Origin: a virus
Lineage: Duplodnaviria; Caudoviricetes
DNA length: 58,765 bases
Virus record (IMG/VR): IMGVR_UViG_3300031754_000005
Location: 1-58,765 of that record
Strand: one strand, 5' to 3'
Positions within the stretch are counted from its first letter, which is position 1; each line of letters opens with the position of its first letter. The position numbers and the translations under genes were made by a program. Under the pieces are notes generated by a model, which ran no database searches, was not told where the DNA came from, and was given only the letters and a program-made list of their open reading frames with translations. Below, piece after piece: positions 45,883 through 55,700 of this stretch.

Positions 45883-46215
45883 CTAGGCCGCCTTTCGCGC
45901 CGGCCGGGCGTAGCAATTCAGCCTCCAGTTTTCGCCGACCGCGGTCTTCGAGAAATGCTCGACAAACGCCTCGCCGAACACCGCCTTCAGCATTCCGCCA
46001 TCGAGCCGCCGCGAATCCGCCGGCGGGCTCAGCGTGCAGTGAAAAATCTCGCTGTCGAACTCGGTGAGTTCGCGCCGCACGCCCTCGGCCTTGACCAGGC
46101 CGAGCTGCTCATCCGCAGCGGCGATCGCCGCCTTCAGCGTGCCGACCTCATCGGCCAGTTGCGCCAGGCTCATGCCGCGCAGGCGCTTTTCCGCCGCGTC
46201 GAGCGGTTTGGTCAT
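45883..46215 (-). CDS. Hypothetical phage protein
   Basis: LADE-G-LKA-I coiled coil; RKAA C-terminus. Confidence 0.65.
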   Translation of the reverse strand: MTKPLDAAEKRLRGMSLAQLADEVGTLKAAIAAADEQLGLVKAEGVRRELTEFDSEIFHCTLSPPADSRRLDGGMLKAVFGEAFVEHFSKTAVGENWRLNCYARPARKAA

Positions 46216-46223
46216 CCAGTCCC

Positions 46224-46943
46224 TCAGCTAGATCTGGCGATAACTCTGCGCACTTGCTCGCGCGACCACTGCGTACCGCCGCGAGGCGTTTCGATGCCGC
46301 GAGCCATAAGCGCGGCGGCGATCTCGCCAAGCGTAGAGCAGCCGGCATTCCGAGCCGCAACGACGTAGTGCATCACATCTTCGGCCCGCTTATCCGCCCT
46401 GATGATCCGCGCTTTGCGCGCCTCGCGCGCGAGCCCGAACCGATCGCCCGGCCGCAAATGCGGGTTCCCCAGTCTCACGCCGCGAGCCTTTGCCGCCGCG
46501 AGAGCCTCCTTCGTCCGCCGAGAGATCGCCTCAGCTTCATATTCGGCGAAGGCGGCCATTATGTGGATCAGCACGGGCGTCGCGTGTGGATTATCGCAGG
46601 CTACGAAGTCCACACAGGACTCCATTAACCCACTCACGAAATGGACGTTCCGCGCGAGGCGGTCCAGCTTGGCTATGACCAGCGTCGCCCGCTTCAGCCG
46701 GCACGCCGCAAGCGCCGCTGCCATTTGTGGCCGATATCGTTTCTTCGTGCCGGTCTCGATTTCGGTAAACTCGGCGATGACGATACCGCCGGCGCCAGCT
46801 ACATGCCGAGAGACAGCCTCGCGTTGAGCCTCAAGCCCGAGCCCCGAGGAACCCTGTCTGTCGGTGCTGACCCTGAAATAACTGACAAAGCGACCGCCGG
46901 AATTCGGCGTGCCAGCGCTCTGCGCCGGACCTCGCCGAGCCAT
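46224..46943 (-). CDS. Serine recombinase (resolvase/invertase family)
   Basis: YFRVST-x-x-Q, SGLGLEAQ, AKLDRLARN, ISRRTK-AL, C-terminal W-x-x-x-QV-R. Confidence 0.92.
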   Translation of the reverse strand: MARRGPAQSAGTPNSGGRFVSYFRVSTDRQGSSGLGLEAQREAVSRHVAGAGGIVIAEFTEIETGTKKRYRPQMAAALAACRLKRATLVIAKLDRLARNVHFVSGLMESCVDFVACDNPHATPVLIHIMAAFAEYEAEAISRRTKEALAAAKARGVRLGNPHLRPGDRFGLAREARKARIIRADKRAEDVMHYVVAARNAGCSTLGEIAAALMARGIETPRGGTQWSREQVRRVIARSS

Positions 46944-47004
46944 TCTGAGGCCGTCCCATTATGAAACGTCGGTTTGTCGGTGGCGTGACGGAATCGCGCG
47001 GCCG

Positions 47005-47571
47005 CTACGCCGCCTTGCGCTCGATCCTCCAAAGCGTGGCGAGCCGGCCGGTGGCCTCTTTCAGCGCATCGAGATCGCGCTGGTCCGCCGCCCAGGCCGA
47101 GGCGGAGCGGGCGCGCGCGCAATCCATAAACCGCATCGGGCGCTCATAGACCGCGAGGTTGACGAGGATCTCAAAGGGCCGCCGCGTCGACAGTGCGAGC
47201 AGCACCGCCGTTGCTTCGCCGAGATCGCCGGCGAGCCCAAATAAAATCTCTTCGCGTTTTTTGTCGTCGAGCAGTTCCCACTCCGCCCCGCGCAATTCGG
47301 GCATCATCGCCGCGAAATGCGACGGCATCGGGCCTCTGCCCCAAATCGCGATGTAGAGCCCGCCGTATCGCATCCCGGCGGAATGATCGGCACGCTGAAG
47401 GAGCCCCTTCAGCGCAAGGATGCCGAGCGGATACCCGGCACGCTGGTCGCGTTCGTTCGCTTCGCCGACCATTCGCGCGCGCTGCTCCAAGACTTCGGCG
47501 GGTGGCGCGATGTTCTGACAGAGCCGGCCGCCCGGATGGCGCGGCCCAGCCTTTTTCGGGCGACCCGCCAT
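47005..47571 (-). CDS. Putative late-gene regulator
   Basis: GGAGG RBS; GRPKK-G-R-P-GRL N-terminus; position between replication and packaging genes. Confidence 0.55.
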   Translation of the reverse strand: MAGRPKKAGPRHPGGRLCQNIAPPAEVLEQRARMVGEANERDQRAGYPLGILALKGLLQRADHSAGMRYGGLYIAIWGRGPMPSHFAAMMPELRGAEWELLDDKKREEILFGLAGDLGEATAVLLALSTRRPFEILVNLAVYERPMRFMDCARARSASAWAADQRDLDALKEATGRLATLWRIERKAA

Positions 47572-47722
47572 CTGTCCTCCGCGCCGCGGAAAACGAAAGA
47601 CCGCCGCGGCCTGGCCGGGCGGTCGGACGAATTCGAGATTGCTATTTTGCAAGGCTGCGCCCAATCCGCTTCCCGCGTCAAGCCAGCCAGCGCCGCAGCG
47701 CCGCGCCGCACTTCAGCTTAGC

Positions 47723-48061
47723 CTAACGCGACGGCGGATTGGCAGTCGGCAAATCGATCTCCTGGTGCCCATTTTTCAACACTTTGATGATGGTTTCCGC
47801 CACTTTCGCCGCGGCGATCGGAGCGATCGGCACCGCCGTCAGCTCCGCCAGGCGCTCCAGCGCCTCGGTCAGATTAAGCAACAGATGCGCGCTGAAAACC
47901 TCATAATAGGCGCACAGCAATTCGGTCTGCCGCGGGATCGAGGCCCGCCCGGTGCGCTTCTGCCGGTAGCTGCTGACCCCCATCCCGAGCGCGCGCGCCG
48001 CCTCGGCGTCGGTTCTGAGCCCGCATCGTTTCTGCCAGGCGGCAAGCTCTTCCGGGGCCAT
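47723..48061 (-). CDS. XRE-like HTH protein
   Basis: EL-AW ... TDAEAARALG ... G-x-x-IP. Confidence 0.75.
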   Translation of the reverse strand: MAPEELAAWQKRCGLRTDAEAARALGMGVSSYRQKRTGRASIPRQTELLCAYYEVFSAHLLLNLTEALERLAELTAVPIAPIAAAKVAETIIKVLKNGHQEIDLPTANPPSR

Positions 48062-48094
48062 CGGCCGATCTCGATGTGATTTTCTCCTCTCCGC

Positions 48095-48320
48095 TCAGCG
48101 CCCGATCTTGTAGCGTCGCCAGTCGTCGAGGAAGACAGCCTGCGCCTCCTTCAGGCTCATCCAACGATCGCGGCAGACGGCGATGCATGCCGCGCGCTCC
48201 AGCCGGTCCTTCTCAAGCGCTTCCGCGATGGGCTGCCACTGCAGGTTCGCGTCGTTGTCGGCGCCGCCAAGGCACAGCGGCACGATATGGTCCGCGCAAG
48301 CGGCGGGCGGCGAAGGCACG
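48095..48320 (-). pseudogene. HNH endonuclease-like C-terminal remnant
   Basis: DHIVPLCLGGAD-x-x-x-NLQWQ ... KDRLE; upstream part is unrelated low-GC sequence. Confidence 0.6.
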
Positions 48321-48332
48321 TAAGGCTCCATA

Positions 48333-48425
48333 ATGGAAACCATGGTCATAGTGTTCTTTAGCGTCGTGATTATCGGGCTGATAATCGCGGGGATTTTCAT
48401 GTTCATCGGCAGGATTTCTGGGTGA
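48333..48425 (+). CDS. 30-aa single-TM peptide (not in ORF track)
   Basis: METMVIVFFSVVIIGLIIAGIFMFIGRISG; low GC. Confidence 0.55.
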   Translation: METMVIVFFSVVIIGLIIAGIFMFIGRISG

Positions 48426-49119
48426 CTGTCGGGCGCACGTCGCGGATCAAATCGCCTTGGCGCTGCGCTGCGGCAATCCGGCGGCACGCGATCTCAAAAT
48501 AGCGTGGTTCAATCTCCACCCCGACGAACCGCATCCCTAAGCGGACGCAAGCGACGCCAGTCGTGCCGCTGCCCATAAAGGGATCGAGGATGACAAACTC
48601 GTGTGGCAGCTTCTGCATCAGCGCCTCGCACAAAGAGATCGGCTTTTGATGCGGATGACTGCGCGCCTCGCGGTCGCCTAGGCCTTTGTGCTGCGTTTCC
48701 CAGGAAACCTGGACGTGTCCCCTTAGCACCCCCTCATCCCGCCTCCCGCGCCACGCGCGACCCCGCACGTAAATCAATTCAAACGACGGTTTCCATGGAA
48801 ACGAAAGATTGCCCATGCCGAAGGCAGGGCCTTTATCGAACACGAGGCACCCCGCCACGTCCGCAATGGGCGGCGTTTTCCACGTGCCGAACGCAGCGAC
48901 GTTATCGAAACCGGTCAGCACTTCGTCCCGCAGCGCCGTGTCATTGTCGCCAGCGATCCGCGTATCCTGCCAGGAAGCACCAAACGAGGATGAATGATTG
49001 ATGCCATACGGCGGGTCGGTCACCACAGCATCGGCGCGAGCAAGCGTCGGAAGCATCTCGCGGCAATCGCCGAGGATCAGCCGGCAGCCGCCGATGATTT
49101 CCTCACGAACGGGAGTCAT
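48403..49119 (-). CDS. N4-C/N6-A DNA methyltransferase (beta class)
   Basis: VTDPPY, HP-QKP, DPFMGSGTTG. Confidence 0.92.
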   Translation of the reverse strand: MTPVREEIIGGCRLILGDCREMLPTLARADAVVTDPPYGINHSSSFGASWQDTRIAGDNDTALRDEVLTGFDNVAAFGTWKTPPIADVAGCLVFDKGPAFGMGNLSFPWKPSFELIYVRGRAWRGRRDEGVLRGHVQVSWETQHKGLGDREARSHPHQKPISLCEALMQKLPHEFVILDPFMGSGTTGVACVRLGMRFVGVEIEPRYFEIACRRIAAAQRQGDLIRDVRPTVTQKSCR

Positions 49120-49420
49120 CTATATAATTCCCTTTTGTATCAGTAGTCTGGCGGATCTGCGCTTCACGCTCTGCGTCGGTCATTGTGGTAATTCCTCCCG
49201 CCAACGGTGAGCCCGGTAACGATCCCGGCCCAGCCGTCACGCGACATCTGGGCCATCCTCGTCTTTGGCGGCTGCACCCCAGCTGTCGCCGCCTGTGTGG
49301 GTTCCTGGTGCTACGCTCTTCACGCCCTCAGCGCGCAAGGCATGCCGGCGTTCCAGCTCTGCCCGCGCCGCGGCGATCGCCTCGCCCCGTTGGGCCAGGG
49401 CGCGCTGGTACGCCGCCGTC

Positions 49421-50443
49421 TCAAGCCACCTCAGCATCCGGCTCATCGTCCGCGACCTCCCGCTCCGGGTGAGTTGCCGCGCCGCCCGCCAGCGGCATCA
49501 CCAGTTCCGGCTGTTCGCGCAATCGGCGCGCCCGCTCGGCGATTGCTGCCGCGACCAGCTCGCGCTCGAGACCGCATTGCGGATCGTCGGGCGGCCTGCC
49601 CCAGGACGTGCGCCAGTGGCCGTCGACCCAGGCCGCGGCATGAAGGCGCCCGGCCACAGCAAATTGTTGCCACCAATCCGCATCTCGGCCCCACAATTCA
49701 TCTCGCCGCCGCGGATTTGACGCCACCTGGGCCGGCTCGGACGCAACGGCGCCGTTACCCGGCGCGGCCCGGGCATTGAGCGCCCAGTTGAGCCAGCGGC
49801 GGCGCCAGACATCGAGACGACGCCGCGTCTCGCCCTGGTGAATCTTAAATTTCGCCCACTCCGCGGCGAGATTGACCTCCGGTAATCGGGCGACCTGGCG
49901 TGTTGCGGCGGCTTCCTCCCGCCAATCATCCGGCAAATCGAAATTCAGAGAGAGAGCCGCGCCTCCTGGCGCGGTCGCGCGCGCGCCCCTCTCTCTCTTC
50001 TTCCCTTCTTTACCATTCAAGTAAGAGTCAGAGTGAGGGCTCACTGAGTTTTTCGTTGGGTCCCGGCTTTCGCCGGGGTCAGATTCAGTGAGGCCTCCAG
50101 AGGGTTCGGGAGTTCTCCCGTAATCATCCACCGGCGGCTGTGGGTAACGGTAGCTCGGATGCTGCGGCTGCTGGTGCCATGACCGGCATATTCCGTAGCG
50201 CTGGCCGCCCGCCTCGTAGCTGGCGATCAGCCCGCGCGCGGCCAGCTCGCCCAGCAGCTCGTCGACATCGACATCATCGAGCGGCAGCACCCGCAATTTC
50301 AGCGTCAGCGCCTGCCACTCAAAAATCCCGTGGTCGTCAGCCTCGTTACGCAGCCCGAGCAGCAGCAGTCTTGCGAGCGGTGAGCATTGCGCGAATTCGC
50401 CTTCGGTCCACTGCGAGGGATGGACTGACCTGATCCGGCTCAT
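49421..50443 (-). CDS. Replication initiator protein (ORF open in frame up to 50734)
   Basis: MSRIRS-x-P ... ARLL-x-GL-x-x-ADD-G N-terminus, low-complexity linker, W-x-x-x-W-NW C-terminal domain. Confidence 0.8.
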   Translation of the reverse strand: MSRIRSVHPSQWTEGEFAQCSPLARLLLLGLRNEADDHGIFEWQALTLKLRVLPLDDVDVDELLGELAARGLIASYEAGGQRYGICRSWHQQPQHPSYRYPQPPVDDYGRTPEPSGGLTESDPGESRDPTKNSVSPHSDSYLNGKEGKKRERGARATAPGGAALSLNFDLPDDWREEAAATRQVARLPEVNLAAEWAKFKIHQGETRRRLDVWRRRWLNWALNARAAPGNGAVASEPAQVASNPRRRDELWGRDADWWQQFAVAGRLHAAAWVDGHWRTSWGRPPDDPQCGLERELVAAAIAERARRLREQPELVMPLAGGAATHPEREVADDEPDAEVA

Positions 50444-50785
50444 CGGCCTTCCCCTTCCGATGTTTGATTGCCGCCCTCGGGCGCGGCTTATTTTTTTCTG
50501 CAATTCGAGCCACGTCGCGGCGAGGTACCAGAGCGCGTGATCCCACCCTGGATCAGAGGGGATGCGCCAGCCGACCGTGCTGTAAAGCTGCAGCATGATC
50601 TCTAAGGGCGAGAGGTCCTGCGCCTCGGCCCACAGGCAATGCTCGACCGCGACGCCGATCGCTTCGTCGAATATCGAGGAGCCGGGAATCAGCCCCGATG
50701 CCGCGCCGACCGAGAGAAAGTCGGGGGCGGCCATTTGTTATTTCCTATCCGCCCACAAGGAGCTTAACGAGGCGGCGATCATCCA

Positions 50786-51016
50786 TCACGCCGCCCGCTC
50801 GGGCTGGGTGCGCCGCGGGGCAATCGGCTCAAAGAAATCAGCGGGCTTGAGCGGCGGGTCGAGCGCGTGGCCTTGCTCCAGCACATCGCGCTGGCGGGTT
50901 GCCGGGATGCGCCCGACGTCGCGCCAAGTGCGCACCGTGCTTTCGCGCAGGCCCAAGAGTTGGGCCAGTTTCGTCGGGCCGCCGAAGCGGGCGATGATCT
51001 GTTCCGCCGCATTCAT
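50786..51016 (-). CDS. Cro-like HTH regulator
   Basis: II-x-FGG-x-x-LA-x-LG-x-x-x-STV-x-W-x-x-x-G-IP ... DFF. Confidence 0.85.
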   Translation of the reverse strand: MNAAEQIIARFGGPTKLAQLLGLRESTVRTWRDVGRIPATRQRDVLEQGHALDPPLKPADFFEPIAPRRTQPERAA

Positions 51017-51020
51017 GCGC

Positions 51021-51103
51021 CGAACGATATAACCGCGATTTTTTCGCGTCAAGACTATTGACGGCGGCCGATCCGGCGGATTATCGTTCGCGGGAATTTC
51101 GCG
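51021..51103. promoter_or_regulatory. Back-to-back promoters with two 15-bp operators
   Basis: TTGACG-N17/18-TATCGT on both strands; CGCGA-N5-TCGCG (51034-48) and CGCGG-N5-TCGCG (51089-103). Confidence 0.8.
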
Positions 51104-51118
51104 CAGGGGGAGGCTACG

Positions 51119-51466
51119 ATGACCACAACCGACCGAACCACCGCACAACCTGAGACGATAGCGCCGGGCGTCACCTTCACGCCGGGGCCGTGGGCGGTAA
51201 TCGAGCCTGTCGCGCTCGATTATCGTGCCCCATTGATCTATGGGGCCGACAAAGTGTCGCTGGTTGCGATCGCCGAAGGTGGCGGTCCACGTAGAGCCAT
51301 AACCGCGCCGGAGGCCCGCGCGAATGCGTTTCTGATCGCCGCCGCACCTGATCTGTACGCGGCGCTGCAAGCTATCGCCTCTTACGCGGAGGCTCAGCCG
51401 CCAAACGCGTTCGCGCAAATCGATAGGCTCGCAAGAGCCGCGCTCGCCAAGGCGGAGGGCCGGTGA
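51119..51466 (+). CDS. Early phage protein (TPGPW ... ANA-LIAAAP family)
   Basis: GGAGG RBS; motif. Confidence 0.8.
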   Translation: MTTTDRTTAQPETIAPGVTFTPGPWAVIEPVALDYRAPLIYGADKVSLVAIAEGGGPRRAITAPEARANAFLIAAAPDLYAALQAIASYAEAQPPNAFAQIDRLARAALAKAEGR

Positions 51467-51677
51467 TGCCCGCGCGGCCGCCCTTTACTCCCTCGCCGCG
51501 GCCCGAGCCGGGGATCGCCGTCGCGCTCGCCAGCGCTAACCGCAACCTCGGCATGCTGGTCGGCTGCACCCGCCGCTTGGCCGCTGCGCCCTCGCTGTTG
51601 TCGCGCGATGTCGACTGGCGGCGCTGGCGCTGGCTCTGCCTGCCGGCCGGCTATCCGTTTTGCCGGGAGAATGCGTG

Positions 51678-51884
51678 ATGCCGAACGGATTGCCGCAACA
51701 GGATGCCGAAATCTATCTCGGTGACGGGCTTTACGCCCGCTTCGACGGCTTCCAGGTCATCTTGCGGGCGCCGCGCGAGCTGGGCGACCATTACGTCGGA
51801 CTGGAGCCCGACACCTACCGCTCGCTGCAAGCGTGGATCGAGCGGCACCCGCGCCTCAAAGCGCACCTGGTGCGGCCCCGATGA
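51678..51884 (+). CDS. Early hypothetical protein
   Basis: YLGDG-YA-FDG motif; chained overlaps. Confidence 0.7.
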   Translation: MPNGLPQQDAEIYLGDGLYARFDGFQVILRAPRELGDHYVGLEPDTYRSLQAWIERHPRLKAHLVRPR

Positions 51885-53324
51885 GCGCCGCGATATTGCG
51901 CCGCGCCGCCGACCAGAGCCGCCTCGCCGAGGCCACGAGCTGCCTCGGCCGCGCGCTCGAATGTGAGCGGCTCGGGCCGGTGCGCAACTGGTTTCTGATC
52001 CGCGCCAGCCTCTTGTTGCACGATTGCGGCCTCGGCGAATTGGCCGGGCGCATTTCGGCCGACTCGGTCGATCGCGAACTCACCCGCCTCCACGACGAGC
52101 TGCGCGCCCTCGCCGGAGCCGGGCGATGGTAACCAGCCCGCCCAACGCCGGCAAACTGTTGGACGGCATGTGGCAGAGCCGCGACCGGCTGCATCGGCTG
52201 CCTGCCGGCTATCTTGCGCGGCTTTATGAGCGCGGCTGGGTCAGGCGCGCGGTCAAACGGCAGTGTAAATACCGTCGCGAGACGCCGGTCGCGAGCGCGG
52301 TGGTGCAATCGCAGTACGTCATCACCCGCGCCGGCCGCCAAGCCCTGCGCGAGGCGGGGCTGTTGCCATGACCGACGCGCCCCGCTTTGACCGCCACGGC
52401 GAGATCCGCTGTCTCGGCCGGGTCGCCGACAAGGGCGCCCGCAAGGTCTGGGTCATCATCCGGCGCAAAGGCGGCGCGCAGGCTTACGCGATCACCGAGA
52501 CCGAATGGAATTTGTTCGCCGAAACGCCGCTCGCGGCAGGCGCCACGCTGGCGCCGCGGCTTGATCATTTCGGGGGCGTCCGATGACCGTCTTTCACGGT
52601 GCCAGCGACCACGATCTGTTGCAGGCCACGGGCACGCTCGTCGAAATGCCGCGCCCCCGCAAAAAATCGCGCGCTCTCTGCCCTTACGACCGCCGCCCCT
52701 GCCGCTACCCGCGCTGCGCGCTGTGCCGCCACGGCCGGTTGCGCTGGCTTGACCACGCGGTCGGCGTCGGCGCGGCACTCCTCGCCGGGCTCGGCGGCGC
52801 CGTGGTCATCCTCGCGATCGGCCTCGCGCTGGTTGTTCTCATAAGGGACCTCGGATGAAAGCGCAAAATTCGCCGCAACTCGACGAGCCCCCGCGCGAGC
52901 GGGCCGAAGCCGCGCTCGACAAGGCGCTGAACGCGCTCGTCGAATTGCTCGCCGTCGCCGAGTTGGTCGACGAGAAAGAGCCGCTCGGCGCCCGCGCGCT
53001 GCGGCAATACGCGGGCCTCCCCGAAGCCCGCCACGCCAGCGCCAAACGGCAGGCGCGCCAGACAATCCAGGATATCTGGACCCTGCGAGGCAAACCCGGC
53101 CGGCGCCAAGCCGACACGCTGGCGTGCGGAAGCGGGAGAGCCGGATGATTCCCATCCTCGGGCGCACCCCGCCCGCTTGGTTTAGGGGATGGCACGCCGG
53201 CCTCGACGACGCGATCCGCATCATCGACATGGGCATCAACGCCTGCGCGCCGGACGACGAAGCCGGCCGCGCCGCACTGCAATCCGCGCGCGAGAATATC
53301 GCGCTGCTGAAGGGGAGGGGATAA
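51881..53324 (+). CDS. Chain of six small coupled early ORFs (51881-52132, 52126-52371, 52368-52586, 52583-52858, 52855-53148, 53145-53324)
   Basis: Successive start/stop overlaps; no recognisable function. Confidence 0.55.
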
Positions 53325-54292
53325 TGGTCCCGCGCGACTGGCCGACCCGGCTTCAGCCAAACCTGCCGGCACCCGATTATCACGCGCTGCGGGCGCTGTC
53401 GGCTTCAGGTGCGTGGACCTTGGCCGAGGACTGCCCGGCGAAATTTCTCTGGCAGAGCCCCTGGAACCCGCTATGGACAGCCGAGGCGAAGACCGAATTC
53501 GATATCGGCTCGGCGGCGCACCTGGCGGTATTGGAGCCGGCCGAATTCGAGGCGCGCACGCTTATCATCGACGCCGCCGACTACCGCACCGGCAAGGCGC
53601 AGGAGCAGCGCAACGCCGCGCGCGACTCGGATCGAGTCCCGCTGCTCGCCCGCCAGCTCGACATCGTGCAGGCGATCGCCGGATCGATCCGCGCGCACCC
53701 GATCGCCAGCGAAGCCTTTGCCGGCGGCATGCCGGAAGCGAGCCTGACCTGGCGCGATGCCGGCACCGATGTGCCGTGCAAGGCGCGCATCGACTGGCTG
53801 CCGCGGCACGGCCGCTGGCTGGTCGACCTGAAGACTGCGGCCTCGGCCAACCCGCGCACCTGGAAGGACCAGGCCACCCGGCTCGGCTACCATGCCCGCG
53901 CTGCCTGGTATCTAGAGGGCGCCGAGGCGGTGACCGGCCGGCGGCCCGAGGAATACTGGTTTGTCGTCGTCGAAAAGGAGCCGCCCTACCTCGTCAGCGT
54001 CGTCGCCTTTGACGAGGCCGCGCTCGAGTGGGGCCGGATCGTCAACCGCCGCGCCTGCGAATTGTTCGCCCGCTGTGCGGGCTCGGGCGACTGGCCGGGC
54101 TACCGCGAGCCTGGCGCCAAGCGCGACCGCGCCTTTCGCGTCTCGCTGCCGCCCTGGGCCATCTACCAATTGCAGGACAGGAGCGAGGCCGGCGAGTTCG
54201 CGACGCACCAGATCCGCCGCACCGCAGCGATCGACCCCGCGCTGTTGCGCACCGCCAAGGCGCTCTTTGCGCCAAACCCAGGAGAACAGTGA
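53324..54292 (+). CDS. RecE/exonuclease VIII-like PD-(D/E)XK nuclease
   Basis: YH ... LSAS, G-A-H-x-VLEP, CKARID, DLKT, Y-x-x-AAWY, VEK-PPY. Confidence 0.9.
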   Translation: MVPRDWPTRLQPNLPAPDYHALRALSASGAWTLAEDCPAKFLWQSPWNPLWTAEAKTEFDIGSAAHLAVLEPAEFEARTLIIDAADYRTGKAQEQRNAARDSDRVPLLARQLDIVQAIAGSIRAHPIASEAFAGGMPEASLTWRDAGTDVPCKARIDWLPRHGRWLVDLKTAASANPRTWKDQATRLGYHARAAWYLEGAEAVTGRRPEEYWFVVVEKEPPYLVSVVAFDEAALEWGRIVNRRACELFARCAGSGDWPGYREPGAKRDRAFRVSLPPWAIYQLQDRSEAGEFATHQIRRTAAIDPALLRTAKALFAPNPGEQ

Positions 54293-55329
54293 TGGCATCG
54301 AACATCCTCAACATCGCGCCAGCGACGCGCGCCGGGGCGCATCTCCTGATCCAATTCTTTGGGCCGCCGCGCAGCGGCAAAACCTACACGGCATTGCGCG
54401 TCGCTCGCGGCATCGTCGGGCCGCAGGGCAAGATCGGCGGTCTCGATACCGAAGCCGGCCGCATGCGCCTTTACAGCGACAAGGTGCCGGGCGGGTTTGT
54501 CGTCGGGGAGTTGACCCCGCCCTACACTCCATCGCGCTATCTGGAGGCAATCGAGGAATTTGTCCGCTTTGGCGTCGACACCCTGATTATCGACTCGTTC
54601 TCACATTGCTGGGAAGGGACGGGCGGCGTCCTGGAAATGGCCGACCTCGCCGAAGCCAACGGCAAAAGGGGCTTGCTGAAATGGCTGGAGCCAAAGCGCG
54701 ACTATAAGCGGCTGGTCAATTTCCTGTTGTCGACGCGGATGCACCTCATCCTGTGCACCCGCGCCAAGCAGCCGATCGTCGAAGCCTATATCGAGGAGAA
54801 CGGCAAGCCGAAAAAGACGCTTCTGACGCTGCCGTGGGAGCCGATCCAGGACAAGCGGCTCAAATACGAAATGACGATCGTCGTGCCGATGACGCTGGAT
54901 GGCGGCTACGAGGTTGACCCGGAGCGCCTCAAGGTGCCGGGCGACCTGGCCGAATTCTTCCGCGGCGAGCGCCTGACCGAAGCCACCGGGGCGGCGATTG
55001 CCGAATGGGTCAAGGGCGGCAAGCCGGTCGACCACGCGCTCGAACTCTTGCGCAAGGAAGCCTTCGAGTGCGCTGGCGCCGGCACCGGATTTTTCACGAA
55101 ATGGTGGAATTCGGCCGCCATCAAACCGCGCCGGAACGCCTTGCGCCCCGACATGGGCAACCTTGAATCGATCGCCTGCGCCGCCGATGCGGAGATCGAG
55201 CGCGAGCGCCAGGCGCAGGAGGAGGCGCGCCGAGGCGCCGCCGATGCAGAGACGCTCGATGACCCGTTTGGCGGCCGGTTGCCGCTGGAGACGGTTGGCG
55301 CCGGTGCCACGGCGCCAAAGGCGGCGTGA
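54292..55329 (+). CDS. Sak4-like AAA recombination ATPase
   Basis: GPPRSGKT, DTE, IIDS-SH-W, T-RAK, YE; paired with exonuclease. Confidence 0.85.
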   Translation: MASNILNIAPATRAGAHLLIQFFGPPRSGKTYTALRVARGIVGPQGKIGGLDTEAGRMRLYSDKVPGGFVVGELTPPYTPSRYLEAIEEFVRFGVDTLIIDSFSHCWEGTGGVLEMADLAEANGKRGLLKWLEPKRDYKRLVNFLLSTRMHLILCTRAKQPIVEAYIEENGKPKKTLLTLPWEPIQDKRLKYEMTIVVPMTLDGGYEVDPERLKVPGDLAEFFRGERLTEATGAAIAEWVKGGKPVDHALELLRKEAFECAGAGTGFFTKWWNSAAIKPRRNALRPDMGNLESIACAADAEIERERQAQEEARRGAADAETLDDPFGGRLPLETVGAGATAPKAA

Positions 55330-55700
55330 TGCTCGGGCGGTTTGATCCGCGCGCCGCATGGGCAGCGTTCTCGGCCGAAGAACAGCGGGCCTTCGGCGAG
55401 ACCGCGCTATTGCTCGTCGTTGCGAGCGATGCGAATACCGATTGCGACAGCCCGAGCCATGTCCGCTGGGAACATGCCGAGCAGCAGGCGTGGCTTCAGC
55501 TTGGGTGCCTTGTCCCGGATTTCCGCGATTACCCGGGCGGCCCGGACCTGTCCGCGATCGGCGTCCGCGCATGCCGCGAATGCGGTTGCACCAACGAGAG
55601 CAGCTGCCCGGAAGGCTGCTGGTGGGTTTGGGACGATTTGTGTAGCTCGTGCTGGGACGATTTGTGTAGCTCGTGCGCGACACCAGAAAAAGGTGAATGA
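55326..55700 (+). CDS. Zinc-finger protein with duplicated C-terminal motif
   Basis: CRECGCT ... C-x-x-GCWWV-x-x-DLCSSC, repeated. Confidence 0.7.
   Translation: MMLGRFDPRAAWAAFSAEEQRAFGETALLLVVASDANTDCDSPSHVRWEHAEQQAWLQLGCLVPDFRDYPGGPDLSAIGVRACRECGCTNESSCPEGCWWVWDDLCSSCWDDLCSSCATPEKGE
55629..55676 (+). repeat. Perfect 24-bp tandem duplication
   Basis: TGGGACGATTTGTGTAGCTCGTGC x2. Confidence 0.9.
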
